A DNA stretch of 63,682 nt, counting the filler, from Sphacelaria rigidula (taxonomy: Eukaryota), in assembly GCA_964200075.2 (NCBI GenBank). It is 9 parts of 9 records of this genome, joined end to end, with 100 filler letters (N's around TTAATTAATTAA, not from the genome) between each part and the next. Parts side by side here need not be neighbours in the genome. Positions count along the whole stretch, not along the records: positions 28,353 to 35,338 come from CAXNAA020017071.1; positions 35,439 to 42,424 come from CAXNAA020017072.1; positions 42,525 to 49,510 come from CAXNAA020017073.1; 6 more parts are not named here. One strand, written 5' to 3'. Each line of letters opens with the position of its first letter. Position 1 is the stretch's first letter. The position numbers were made by a program, and so were the translations under genes. Under the pieces are notes generated by a model. It saw nothing but the letters and a program-made list of their open reading frames with translations. It was not told where the DNA came from and made no database searches. This document shows positions 34,753 through 46,869 of the stretch, piece by piece.

Positions 34753-34850
34753 GTGACACTGCCGAAGGAAAACGGCAGTCTGTTCATGAACATTCACCAG
34801 CAGATATGCGACGGGCTCACGTGTGTCTTCATCTCCTCGCTCACGCAGAG
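34753..34850 (+). CDS. PHD-chromo-QLQ-PDZ-like protein, exon h (PDZ-like start)
   Basis: cag|VTLPKENGSLFMNIHQQICDGLTCVFISSLTQ(R)|gttagc; YEVTLPKxxGSLxMxI...VFISSL follows the PDZ betaA-betaB-betaC pattern. Confidence 0.75.
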
Positions 34851-35338
34851 GTTAGCCAGTTTGTCCGTCTTGTCGTTGCCTCTATTGAGAATCGTGCAAG
34901 GATCATGCATGAGTGAGGACACGGTCACAACTGGTCACTTGTTATCTTGCAGCTCTTTCTCCTCAAATTTGACGCGTTGCATGCGTGGATAATGACTCAC
35001 GCACTCTCGAGCGTGTTGCGCGCACTCTGACTCCCATATTTACTCCTTCCCTCGCACGATGGATACCCTGCTGCTGTCGCCGTCGCTGTCGCACAACTGT
35101 ACTGTAGAGTCAAGTAGAATTGCTTTTCCCCTTCTCTGAGCACGTCCGCTTTGCGCAAGCACGTGCCAGTGATCGCCTTGTTGAGCACTTCCGCGGTGTT
35201 CAAACAACAATGAGAATATTATAACCCCCTCTGAGGCAGTGCATAAGCCGTGACTGTCTTTGGAAGTGGCGATACCAGATAACAAAGCAACTCATCGTAG
35301 GCTGTCATCGAATTGCAGGATAATCAGTAGGCTTCGGG

Positions 35339-35438
35339 NNNNNNNNNNNNNNNNNNNNNNNNNNNNNNNNNNNNNNNNNNNNTTAATTAATTAANNNNNN
35401 NNNNNNNNNNNNNNNNNNNNNNNNNNNNNNNNNNNNNN
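35339..35438. other. artificial contig linker
   Basis: N44-TTAATTAATTAA-N44. Confidence 0.98.
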
Positions 35439-36661
35439 CCCAGCTGCCCACAACTTCTTCCACAACCCAGTTCTTCATACTGTGTCATAAGCCTTTTGCC
35501 CGTCTAGAGAGAAACAGTACGTTGTCCGCCCGGTGTCTTTCCTACCATGAATAATCTTACTTGGGGTGTACACATGGTCTACGCTGAGGGGGGGGGCGGG
35601 GGGTGATGTGTGTACCACCACACAGAAGGGACAAATTCCCACAAGTGTCTGTCAAGGAGTCATCTTTTCACAATGCATTATTCATTATTGTTTTTGCAGG
35701 TGATGGTTTGGGCCCCCACTTTCTTCACGATTGAACCCCCTTCTGGACCGAGCCTCCACTAAACAGAGGTGAAGACCTGGTCTGCACACAGGGTCCTTTT
35801 GTCAATCGGGATCATTTTCATTCGTTTTCAAGTGAAAATGATGCCGACTCAGAATGGGCCCTCACCCACGTTTAGTCCACTCCGGTCTCAAAAGGGTCAA
35901 GGTGGGAAAAAATCACGTTGGCGGGTTTTGAGGACATGCGGACACTCTGTTTTGTCGACAGTTATACGAATAGAATGTTATGTCCCGTCTGAGTATAGGT
36001 CATGCTGCTGATACACACATATGTTACGACGTGCTATTGATCATACAATGGGAGCCTGCCTCATTTTTGACACGGTACAACTATATCGGGGAGAGGTGAG
36101 TTTATGCCTTTAGACCATCGACTGTTTCCCGAGGGAGGAAAAGAGATGGAAGTGTGACGAAACGAAAAAAGAAAACATTATAGCGCAGGGCAAGAACTGA
36201 CAACCGTGTTGCGGGACTTGACCTTGTTCAGGTGGATCGGATCCTCATTACCTACCGGAAGATTAATGGAGGAATCTGACTTACTTCCACCTCTGTTCAA
36301 GTGCGGGGGCCCCGCCTTGAAAACGATCGCCTCAGAGTGGAAGGATAGACACACACCACTGTGCTTGCGAAAAACACTCATGCGATTTCTTCGCTCGAGT
36401 AGTTTCGCAGTGTCAAACAGTCCATCGTTTGCATGTTAATTTTCCCTTCAAATAGACGATACCGACACACCAACGAAATGTCATGAGCTAGTTAGCGTGA
36501 AACAAAAGGCAAACGCACACGTGAGCACACGCACGCACATTGGAGTATGACACACTAGCAAACGAGACACAAAATCAAATCAAACGATAACCCTTTGCGA
36601 TGGCGATGAGGCGGCGCCGGTTTCAACACCACCAAGCGAGCGATTGGCACCGCCCACGTAC

Positions 36662-36754
36662 CTCCTTCAAACCTTGAGGCTTGGCCGTGTTACCCTTGCC
36701 AGTAAATCCAAAGTTCATCGGCACAGAATCCGTCGACGTCAGCATCAGCTTCAT
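36662..36754 (-). CDS. URE: urease, catalytic (alpha) domain, exon 4 of 4 seen
   Basis: tag|[31 protein letters not shown]|gtacgt; [10 protein letters not shown] motif. Confidence 0.93.
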
Positions 36755-37017
36755 CTACAGGGAACACGAGGCATATATATAGGTAGGACCGGGAGCGATG
36801 GGGGCGAGTGGGCGGCGGCGGGAGGGTAAATCAAGGAGAATGAAAAAAGCACAAACACACAAACACAGGTTGTGTAGAGAACGTTCTTCACGTTCCCGGG
36901 GTTCTAAAACTCCGGTCCCTCGAAAGCAACTTCCATGAAAGGGATTTCTTCTCCATTTAGCGGGCAGTTTTGCTGCATAGCTGACCCCGTGTCAAGGAGA
37001 AAAATCACCCTCGAACC

Positions 37018-37392
37018 TCAACCAACCTGGGTGTGTGTGCGTGTGTGTGTGCTCATACTATATCCACCAAAACTAGACCCCTTACAACAACTAGAGTACA
37101 GGCAAAGCCCTAACCGCAAGTCGGCAGTCTTTCCGTAGAAGCATAAAATGGCATTTCTAATTTGGCGACAATGAGGTTGAAGTTTAATCCTTCTATGTAT
37201 CGGCCGACGTTGGATAATACAGTGATCACAACCAACCTGTGCGTGTGCGTGTGCGTGTGCTCATACCGTATCTTCCAAAACTAGACCCCTTACATTAACG
37301 AGAGCACAGCCACAGCCACAACCGTAAGAGGGCAGTCTTTCCGTGGAAGCATAAAATGGTATTTCTATTTGGCGACGGCACGGCTGGAGTTT
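37018..37392 (+). repeat. diverged tandem duplication (~211-bp period) in a urease intron
   Basis: CAACCAACCTG(TG)n...CCAAAACTAGACCCCTTACA...GGCAGTCTTTCCGT(A/G)GAAGCATAAAATGG occurs twice. Confidence 0.85.
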
Positions 37393-37797
37393 ATTATTTT
37401 ATTCCTTGGTCAACGTCGGAGAATCCAGTTATTCACAACGGGGTGTCATTGTCGGCGAAAAACGAGCGACTCTTCTCCACTCGCAGCAGCAGACAAACAG
37501 CGGATACTTGTGGTGGGCAAGCAGGGTTGCCTCGACGTTTGCCAGCAGATGTGTTTCATTCAGCCTGCCGACGTGCCTAGCAGAAAAATATAATCAGTTG
37601 ATCCTACGATCCCATTTTGCGGAAGTGGGCGGTTCTGCGCTCACGGTTACTGGCTGTACGGCTTGTTGTACGAATGCGCGAACAGGGCCACAGGAAATAA
37701 CGTGAAAAAAAAGTCAACATCGCGATGGAGACAAGGAAGAAAAACTGGCGCATGAACATTGCAAGCGTACTGCAGCGACAAGAAGTGCGGGTCGTAC

Positions 37798-37890
37798 GTG
37801 CTCCGGGTGAGGTGTACACGTGGTCGCTCTTGTTCCCGTGGCGGGGCCGGTCCCGCCGCCAAGGAGAGTAGTCAGTCCTGAGGCAAGAGC
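37798..37890 (-). CDS. URE: urease, exon 3 of 4 seen
   Basis: cag|[31 protein letters not shown]|gtacga; GGGTGPAxGTxATTCTP signature. Confidence 0.95.
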
Positions 37891-38150
37891 CTGCATTGCG
37901 CGAATGAAACGAAACGAAACGGAACGAAACGAAGCGAAGTAAGTGTAATGAGACATACATGCATTGTCCCGGGGAGAGATGAGGTGATCCCTTGTGACTA
38001 CAGACTCGTCCCGAGGAAGAGGAGGCGTTGATATTTCGACAAATAAAAAACTAGTAGAAAATATAGAAAATATAGAAAATATAGAAAATATATGTACATA
38101 TGCTTCTGACGTTGCACTGAAAGGAAGTATCTATTTTGATTATACTTATA

Positions 38151-38580
38151 GTTGTAATACATTTTACAATAGGCCCTCTCATTGGTTGTGGTGCCGGTCG
38201 GTTTTGCTTCTTCTCGACTTCGATCTTCCCTGTGTCAGTCCGTTGGTGTCAGGTCTATTACTCCATTTTTCTTCTTTTTTTTTCTGGCACTTTGAACCCC
38301 TCCCCTTCCTCGGGATGAGTCTATGGTCACAAGGGATCAGCCCAACTCTCCCCCGGTGCGCGCCTTTTATTTTGTTCTCGCGGATTGGGTCAGTACTCCC
38401 GCACCTCGTCAACTCACGTCACACAACTCCAGTCGACTACTTTGTTTACTCACGTTCTCACGCTTTCTACGGTGGAAATCATACATTACGAAGAAATAAC
38501 CCAACGCATCGGGAATCGCACACCCGTTCTCTCCACCCTAATGGCGACAGTCGAACCATTACGCAACCGAGGCGCGGCGC
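38151..38580 (-). mobile_element. tRNA-headed SINE family B, full length, in a urease intron
   Basis: On the minus strand: GCCGCGCCTCGGTTGCGTAATGG (A-box-like) ... GTGCGATTCCC (degenerate B box), core GTTGACGAGGTGCGGGAGTACTGACCCAATCCGCGAG, 3' block GATCCCTTGTGACCATAGACTCATCCCGAGGAAGGGGAGGGG. Fragments at ~30218(-), 36088, 37971, 39094, 55187 and 55865. Confidence 0.7.
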
Positions 38581-38689
38581 CATTGATGTGTGTATATAGA
38601 TCACTGGTATGCCAATTAGGCATAACTGATGAGTATACTATACATGCTCTTCGAGGTTGAAGCGCGCCCCACCCACGCTCTGTCGTACA

Positions 38690-39003
38690 CGTCGCGGCTT
38701 TTTTTCGGACTTGAACAAGTCGAGGAGGGCTGTGGTCTCCTATTTTCCCACTTGCAGCACTCAGCATCCAGCTTCAGTCAAGATTGGGCAGCTGCCTGTT
38801 TTTTCTTGCTTGGTCCTGCATTTCCTTTGGGTTCGGTTTCTCACTCAGTTTACTCCTTTTTCTTCGTTCTCTATCTCTCTATTTATTGTTGTTTAGTTTT
38901 TTTTTCTTTAGTGAGCGTTCTCGTTTTGTTTATCTCGTGCACATCTTGAGACGACGGTTGGGTCCCGTGGCGGTCAGTTGATGTGCGAAAATCAATCAAT
39001 CAA
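38690..39003 (+). mobile_element. probable LINE (RTE-like) 3' UTR ending in (AATC)n
   Basis: T-rich tract, then TGAGACGACGGTTGGGTCCCGTGGCGGTCAGTTG...AAAATCAATCAATCAA; short tandem tails are typical of the RTE clade. Confidence 0.45.
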
Positions 39004-39389
39004 CCCATTAATCGACATTTCGCTAACAGCAGCAACAATAAAGGAAGAAGGAACGAGAAACTGCTTGAGCTTTCCGTCTCCCCTCTCCCACTACCGGGGA
39101 AGAGACGATGAGCTGTTTAATCCCTTGAGACGACGAACTAGCCCCGAGGAGAGGGGGGGTTAAACGTGTGTAAAAACAAAAATATATCTCTACCCCGGCA
39201 CGCACGCAAAACCTTGAAACATAACATGGGTAAACTCGAATTATTTTCTTCAATACACACTAAAGTGAAGTGCACGAAGTAGAGTGCGTCAAATCAACGA
39301 GCGCCTTTAACTCGTGTAAGGAATGGTGGTGACAGTACTGACAAGGTACCACGGATTCAAGAGATGGTGTTGATATGCGGAAATAGTTA

Positions 39390-39615
39390 TATCATAGTAC
39401 TGCTTCTAATGCGACCAATGCTACTAGTGCGACCAATGCTTCCGATGCAACTGATACTACTGATACTACAAATACTGATACGCTTACTCATACCAATATC
39501 AATACTGGTAACACAAGTAATACTAGTATTAATACTAACACTAACACTAAGACCACCATCACCACTACTACTACTACTGCTACTACTGCTGCTAATACTA
39601 CTATTACTACTAATC
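39390..39615 (+). repeat. degenerate (CTA)n low-complexity tract
   Basis: CTA/ATA/CTG triplets; produces the spurious Leu- and Ser/Ile-rich ORFs. Confidence 0.85.
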
Positions 39616-39650
39616 ACCACACGGAATGAATATGTAGGCCAACTGATCAC

Positions 39651-39773
39651 CTCGTCGCAGATCTGCGGACAGATGAAGTGCACGTGTGCATCCATGCCTC
39701 CGGTCGTGACAATCATCCCCTCTCCAGCAACCACCTCCGTGTTTACTCCTACAGTCATGCCGGGGGTAACACC
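39651..39773 (-). CDS. URE: urease, exon 2 of 4 seen (Ni-binding HxH)
   Basis: cag|[41 protein letters not shown]|gtgatc; GGxDxHxHFICPQ nickel-ligand signature. Confidence 0.96.
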
Positions 39774-42224
39774 CTGCAACAGCAGCAAGGGCGGAGGTCG
39801 GTCGATCGGTCTGTCGGGAGGGGCATGCAGAGTGGAGAATTCCATTGACGATGAATTATCGTCTGAACACGAGTTAAGCCGCAAAACAAATGGTGGCATT
39901 GAATACAGAAGTAAAATAAAAGGTTGCAAACACCGAGGACCCCCCACCCAGAGCTGCTCCTGGGTGTTTTTTTTTCGTGTTCTGTTCGAAGGCAGGCGGG
40001 GGGAGGAAGCGTAGTACCGCTGCCGTGTAGTGTCCTCCCCGAAGTTGTTGCACATGAACCCGACGACCATTAGATCCAAGTCCGTAGGGCTCGGTACTGG
40101 ACCAGTACACACTGGCAGCGCTTTTAATACTGGCAAAAAGAGCAGGCAGCGAGTACTGCAAGTACTTTTTTTCCAATTTACATAAATCCCACTACAATGC
40201 CTCATTATTACACTGAAAAGCCGTCTCATCGCGCCGCAAGTGAAGCTGAAACAATGGGGCGGTGGAATCAATTTGAGCGAAAAATTCTCGTTTTGATGCA
40301 GTTGGGTCCAGATGGATTCTCAAGCTTTCGATCGGAGACAGACAGTGAGATTCACGAAACGGTGCATGGTCACTCGTGTACAGTACAGACAGTCTGAATC
40401 GCCTTTTGTGCCATAGTGAAACCAAATCGCGTGGAGATGTGCCTCCGGCGGGGCTTCGCCTGCGGACCCGAGGGGCTGGCAGGATCCAGTATATTGGCTG
40501 ACTGCGTCAGTAGTACCCAGCCCTACAAGGTTTCAAGGAAGAATGAATCAACATTGTTCGAATCCTGGTTTTCACCAGCGTACAGGTAATGATACTTGGA
40601 TAGGGTATCACGCCTCTACGTACTCGCATTCAAAGTGTATTAGTATGTTCGGCGCGTCCCGTCCGGCAAATACTCGCAAAATGCTGCTGCACTTCGACCG
40701 CATGCACGGAGCAGGGTCGTTCCTTTTCGATAATATGGAGGCTGTACTTTTGGAAGCTTAGACATCGAGACAAGGCGCGCCTCGTGTGTGATGGTGGCGG
40801 GACTTTCAGGTATGTGTTGGATGATGACACAGGTGGGATTCAAAGCGAAAGCTTCGGTGTCGCCAGACTCTCCGGGCGCTGTGTGGGTTGAAACGGTGGT
40901 TATCAGCACGGTCATATTTTATCATTATTTGACACCCGTTGTCTACAGTAGTGATAACTATGGAGGGTACGTTATCAAATCGACGAGGAGGCAACAACGG
41001 ATGCTGCCAGCCGTGTCATGATATTTAGCCCGCTCATGAATGGGCGCTCGATGCAACGCAGCTAACAAGCACCATTTGGGCTCCGATATATATATATATA
41101 TATATGAGGGTATTGGACTCGACGTTCCCGCTGCAACTCGCGCGACATATCAACTTCAAGCCCCTCCGGCGCCAACTGTGGATCCTGCCAAGCACCCCAG
41201 CAAAACTACCTGGTAAGGGGCAACGTCCCCCTACAGTCAGCAGCAGAACTTTCGGGGGACACGTTACGAAAGCTTGAAAGCCACGGAGGCGCTCGCCACG
41301 GTATTCTTCCAATATCGGGTTAAAGTAAGGCGGATCGAGGCTTGTACGTGAATATTTCTGTGGTCCAGCAACTTCCACTTCACCGAGCTCTTGCGGAGTA
41401 TTTTACTTCCCAACAAAGTGACACGTCAGGCGAATCAAGTTCCACGCTAGTACTCGTTTGCACAGAGTGGCACCCGCAGCTCTGCGAACACGGTACCATT
41501 GTAGTCATTCAGTGCGGCGGGAGGGCAGATTTCGAGTGGCGACGGCTTGCCATCTGCGCGATGGCGTTCCTCCTGCGCGGTGCTGATTCCTCCACCGGAG
41601 ATCAAGGCCTGCTGCGCCAGCTGTCCGTCCTGATTGTGATGACCCCTCTTCCCACGATGGTTTCTTGACTGGGCTCAAAACAATTAATACTGTGAAGCAA
41701 CCGGTGACTTCATCATTAAACACCGGCGGGAGGGCAAGTTTCGAGTAGCAACTTCATCAACTGGAGCATTACAGCCGGTGTTGGATAAAAAAAAGGCCAA
41801 TAAGAAACAAGCCTGCATCTCATTGAAAAGAAACAACACTGAGAGCAGTCAGTGGCTCTCTTCGATGTTCGGAATGCAGACCGCTGTACTACAACTCAGA
41901 CAACACATGTTTCATATTTTGGTGCTTTTGTGGTGCCTGTATTTTTGCGTAGCAGCAACGGCAGCGGTACCTCGTTACGGCCGCCCTTCAGTCTACCGCT
42001 TGCTGTGTGGCTACTTTGTGATGGGCTGTTGGTGTCGTCGCTGGCTTGTGCCTGTTGTTCGCTAATGTTGTTGTTGCTGTTGTTCTTATCTTTACATTAA
42101 AAAACTTTTCTGAGATATGTGCAGTACTCCGTTGTCACAGGCTAGCTACCCAAGAATAGGTATGAGGAGATAAAAAATAAAACAGAACCCAGAAAAGCCG
42201 CCTACATGCAGAAAAACTGCATAC

Positions 42225-42293
42225 CTCCATCACGTCCGGGTTTCCGGCCTTGCCGATACCCGATATCAGCCCGTCCTTCATGCCGATGTCTGC
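42225..42293 (-). CDS. URE: urease, exon 1 of 4 seen
   Basis: cag|[23 protein letters not shown]|gtatgc; ADIGxKDG...GIGKAGNPD motif, joins in frame to 39773. Confidence 0.94.
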
Positions 42294-42424
42294 CTGCAAA
42301 ACACGTGCAAATCACGGATGGGGGTAAAGCATCGCGCAGAGCGCCAAACGGTGGGAGGAATGAAGGGTGTACTCATGATCGTGCATGCCATAGTCATCAA
42401 ACCATTGACCTCGCATCCCTACAA

Positions 42425-42524
42425 NNNNNNNNNNNNNNNNNNNNNNNNNNNNNNNNNNNNNNNNNNNNTTAATTAATTAANNNNNNNNNNNNNNNNNNNN
42501 NNNNNNNNNNNNNNNNNNNNNNNN
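42425..42524. other. artificial contig linker
   Basis: N44-TTAATTAATTAA-N44. Confidence 0.98.
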
Positions 42525-43763
42525 ACAAAAAAAAAAAAAAAAATAAAAATAAGAAAAAAAAACCCCCACAACCCCCCCCCCCCCCCCCCCCCCCCCCCAT
42601 CGTAGCATGACTCTAGAGTGCTATTCACGTGCGGTCCTGTCTACGGTGAAAACAGTTTTCAAGCAGGATACGACGGTTCGGTGCGAACCCGTCGTAGACT
42701 CGGTGCCATGCCACCGTCATCACGGTCCGACTCGGGCATGGGTCCCCTTCGTTTCGTCGGAAGCGGATCATCTGTCGCCCAGACGTGTCCACCCGTCGAG
42801 AGTTTCACACGCAATCACCGCGATGAGTATTGCACCAAGAACTGGGGAAGGAAATCGTGATCCGACCGCTGTTGTTCAAGCTGAACGTACGGGAAGGCGT
42901 TCTATTCTACCGTCGACATCCATGCGCTGCTACGGGAGCGCACGTTTATAGTTGTGTTTGGATAGCTAGCTTCTGCCCTGCGCCCGCGGGATAGTGGTGT
43001 GTTCAACGCTCACGTTGGTACTATTACCATCGAGGGCCTCGTGGGCACAGGGTCGAAACCTGACCTGAATCTGTACGTTGTCATCTTCTATCTGCCTACA
43101 TGCAAAAGCCAGCCTGTGGTAGTTGTGAGGCAGTGCGCTACCCTACACAGCAAAACTGTGTGTTTCTCGCGTACTTTCCCCCTCGTTCGAACTCTTTCAT
43201 CGTTACATTTCCCGTCCATCCATGGTGCGTGTTTCCCGTGCAGTCTGCCTCTGATGCCAAGTCCCCCCCCCTGTCCATGCCAGGAACATTCATTGTAGGG
43301 TTCATTAGGTCTTTCGCTGCCGTTTTTTGTACTTACCGATCGTGCTGCTTGCATCTCATGAAAAATGGGGCCACATGCGCTACATATACTCTACAAAGAT
43401 CATGTACTCTACTTGTCGGAGAAAAGTCGCTTCGTGTACCAGTCACTGGATGGGTACGTATAGGATCATTTACGGGGGAATCTGTTCCCGCGAAAGGATG
43501 CGAAAGTGATGCCATTCTTCGTGCGCCGGCGACGTTCAGGTCTGCGGTTCTCACATCGTGTTATCAAGCAACTCAATCCTCTAGTCAAGCACGTATTTCA
43601 ACCCGTTTTCCGTACAGTAGATAGTATTGAATCCATGTTTCAATGCAAACACTCCTCTATAATAGGCGTCAACGTATATATGCAACGCTACCAATCCTAA
43701 CGTCTCGAGTTCAGCTGTTTTCTCACTCCCCGACTCTCTACGTTCCACACAACGAACGAACAG

Positions 43764-43883
43764 GTGGGCTCCTCCCATCACGATGCGGAAATTCATCTTG
43801 TGCACCTGGAAGATGGAACAGACGACGAATATTTGGTGGTGGGCATCTTTTTCGACGCATCCCTCTACGGCTCCAACGAGGAG
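43764..43883 (+). CDS. alpha-carbonic anhydrase, exon 1 of 4 seen
   Basis: cag|VGSSHHDAEIHLVHLEDGTDDEYLVVGIFFDASLYGSNEE|gtcaga; ExHLVH with the third Zn-ligand His. The HxH exon is not on this contig. Confidence 0.92.
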
Positions 43884-44636
43884 GTCAGATAACATGCGTG
43901 CAGGGATATGTTGAAAGCATGTATGCATGCAATTGTTTTATCGCTTCTTCTGATTGAACCCATCACGCGGACTCTCGAGAACAGTCCATACCTCAATGGC
44001 CAATGCTGTTCCCGCGCGAAGGTACATTTAATTTAGGCCAGCAAATATTTTCAAATTCTGTCGAGATGGACGTTATAGGTTGGGTGTTCTCTGAGGCCAG
44101 CTGTCGGGAATATGGTAGGATGGCGTGCTGTGTTGTGTGAATAGCCTTAAATCGTCACCTGGAGACGGTTTACGCGATTGTGAAATCTAATTGACGCACT
44201 TTCTTCCTGTAGCACATGTGACATTCATGACGCTCATGCTTTATGGCAGAAGAATGCGGCGCCGTGACGCTGGGATCAGATGCAGTCTAACTCGGCGTGG
44301 CCGTACCGCCATAGCAGGTTGTAGACTAGGTTACTGAAACATTCCCCCATGGTTGAGCTAGCTTGAAAATGGTCTATTAACGAGCCCATTTGTGGCGCGA
44401 AATATGACGATGTCGTGAAACAAAACACGCCTACTTGGGAAGTGTGACCACTTAACTTTTCACACCGCAGGTCGCCCTTATTATTAGCAAAACTTCAACA
44501 TTTCCATCAGCCGTTCCGGGGTGGCAAGTATTCTCATTCACCTGTCCATCTCGACTCCCTGTCTCCCGGCCTCCTGCCCCATGCCTTCGCCTCGCGCGTT
44601 TACCGTCGCATGTCGAAAACTACTTTCTTGATTCAG

Positions 44637-44780
44637 ATCGAAAAGCTGTGGACGATCGCGAACATCGGTGGCCGTAACACGACAGATGTCATGTTCTCAT
44701 CCGACCCTTACAAAATGCTGCCCGCCAACCCGACCCACGTGCACTACAACGGCTCCCTCACGACCCCTCCGTGCACAGAG
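44637..44780 (+). CDS. alpha-carbonic anhydrase, exon 2 of 4 seen
   Basis: cag|IEKLWTIANIGGRNTTDVMFSSDPYKMLPANPTHVHYNGSLTTPPCTE|gtcagt; YxGSLTTPPCxE motif. Confidence 0.95.
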
Positions 44781-45065
44781 GTCAGTCAAATGTTACACAA
44801 TGAGGTGTGCACTATGAGGTAGCCATTGCTACGCCGGTTGCGTTACTTGTAGTGCCGCGGATGCACGTGAAATGTAGTTGTGGTCTTTGTGTGCAGGGCG
44901 ATGATCACCATTATACTGTTGGCCCATCTTTATCGCATTGGGGAGAAAGGATTAATAAAAACGTTCTGGAAGGACTGTCATAATCACTACCACCTAGCGG
45001 CACTACTTCACAAGGACTTGAACGAAGCCGCGGCTACACGGTCAGTAGAATGGGTGCTTTCCCCC

Positions 45066-45068
<3 letters not shown>

Positions 45069-45112
<44 letters not shown>
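45069..45112 (+). repeat. (TG)n microsatellite
   Basis: About 22 units. Confidence 0.97.
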
Positions 45113-45115
<3 letters not shown>

Positions 45116-46048
45116 TGTGGTGACCTCGAAGCGTTTGTTTTGGAGAATATCCACGGCGTTTGATATCCAGGTATCGGCGCGATCTCTTGGTATATACTCT
45201 GGGTGTACAAACATCTTAGGAAAGAAGTGATCCCATACACAACTTCAGCATGAGAACGAGCTTGGATGCAGTAGATATTTGGTAAGCCTTACGATATAAC
45301 CCGGCATCGTGGTTTATCAAGTTTGCTTCCCGGTCTGGTGTGTATCGCTGGCCACGGCCATCGATACTTCTCCGTTTTCCTTCACGCGTGCGTACGCTTC
45401 ATAGTTACAAAAGCGGCCAGGACAGACGAGCAATGATTACGCCATCGTGGAACAATATCACTGTTTACTGTATTTTCAGGACTTGTCTCGACATCTCCTC
45501 AAGAACATTTTGCGTTGGGGTTGATTGTACACATTTTCGGCGGCTTATAGAGGAGAGCAGCCAATATCAAGCAAAATGAACACAAATAAGGGTGCTTGAA
45601 GTACCCCATGGTACTACTCTTCTCCACAAGTTCCATGCTGACCCACTTATGTATTCAAATCGTCGTAGAATTTACCACGACGGAAGATGTTTACGCTAGC
45701 TCAATTGCGCCAATTCAGCGTGGACATGCTTCACTTCTATCTTGCAACTTGAGCGGTGCAGATGCGCTAATTTGTTGTCCTCGGTCACAGTCTTGTCGCT
45801 GCACATTTAGACTATCTTGTCGTGTTCCGTCGGGGGAGTGCGAAGGTGTAGAGATCTTCTCGACTTCTCCCTGCGTGAGAGACTTCCGGAATGTGTATTT
45901 GTTGGTTCCGTGTGTGCTGACACAGCGCGAAATGCTCCATGTTTCGAACCGACAACATCTTGATCTTTCCCTACCTCACCAACGAACGCGGCGTTTGCTC
46001 GCGTTGTTTTGCCCCCGCTCTCTATTCGTGTTGGTGTTATTTCCCCAG

Positions 46049-46144
46049 GGCGTGAAGTGGATAGTCATGACCGAACCCGCGATGATGGGAAGCAAGCAGC
46101 TGACGGAGTACCGCAACCACTGCAAAATGCTCAGCGACACCATT
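46049..46144 (+). CDS. alpha-carbonic anhydrase, exon 3 of 4 seen
   Basis: cag|GVKWIVMTEPAMMGSKQLTEYRNHCKMLSDTI|gtacgt; VxWxV...QL motif. Confidence 0.93.
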
Positions 46145-46666
46145 GTACGTGCCCGTCTTTTTGCGTAGACACACAGCGAAATGTCTCAGACCTTACAGGA
46201 AGTCCGCGATACACTCGGCCAACATTTTGTTTGAGTAACAAGATGAACTCCGATAACTGGTGCTTTAGCCGATCTGGCCCATCAGCGTGCGTGGCTGTCC
46301 GGTCACCCCTTGGATTTTTGTCGCGAGCAGGTCGATTAATCGCAGCCACGCGTTTTGTTTGTATCAATCATTTGTTGTGTACGTTACAGCTCTCTCGCTC
46401 AATGCCTCCAGTGCCATCAAACACGGTATTCACGTTTTTATATATTGTTCAGGATTTGTGTGAAATTGACGATCGGTGGGTGCGCGTCATCCGAAAGAAT
46501 CATAGCGAGCTTCGGCGTCTTGATGATCTGTGATCAATGATAGTGACATGCAACGTATGGACGCGCTACTGACGCGGTATTTCTGCCTGAGGTATTGCTT
46601 AAGCGCTTCACATATGTCGTGGAATGTAGCTGAGCTCCCCCCCCCCCTCAACCTCTCCTCTCCGAC

Positions 46667-46732
46667 CTCTCCGTCTCGAAAGGGATGCGTGGTCAATGGT
46701 CAAACGACTAAGGCAAGCAACACATGAGTACG
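46667..46732 (+). mobile_element. extremely 5'-truncated (~66 bp) C-tract-terminated retroelement with TSD
   Basis: TSD CCCCCCCTCAACCTCT at 46641-46656 and 46733-46748, extending to TCCGAC with a 4-nt indel; body CTCCGTCTCGAAAGGGATGCGTGGTCAATGGTCAAACGACTAAGGCAAGCAACACATGAGTACG. Confidence 0.85.
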
Positions 46733-46797
46733 CCCCCCCTCAACCTCTTCCGACGCCGCCGCTGCATGCCTCCTTATTATATTTATGGACTGTTCAG

Positions 46798-46869
46798 GTG
46801 GATGAGCTTGGCAACACAAACCGCCCCAGCCAGCCACTCAACAACCGCACCATCAAGTATGTTTCGTAA
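46798..46869 (+). CDS. alpha-carbonic anhydrase, terminal exon
   Basis: cag|VDELGNTNRPSQPLNNRTIKYVS*; NxRPxQPLNxR motif and TAA stop; AATAAA near 46994. Confidence 0.94.
   Translation: MDELGNTNRPSQPLNNRTIKYVS

Noticed and set aside
39364-40271. 216-aa (+) and 294-aa (-) ORFs as whole genes
   Set aside because: Only 39651-39773 (-) is a urease exon; the rest is intron and a CTA-rich tract.
36662-46869. Urease next to carbonic anhydrase as a divergent urea/CO2 gene cluster
   Set aside because: Separated by an artificial linker (42425-42524); the adjacency comes from length sorting.
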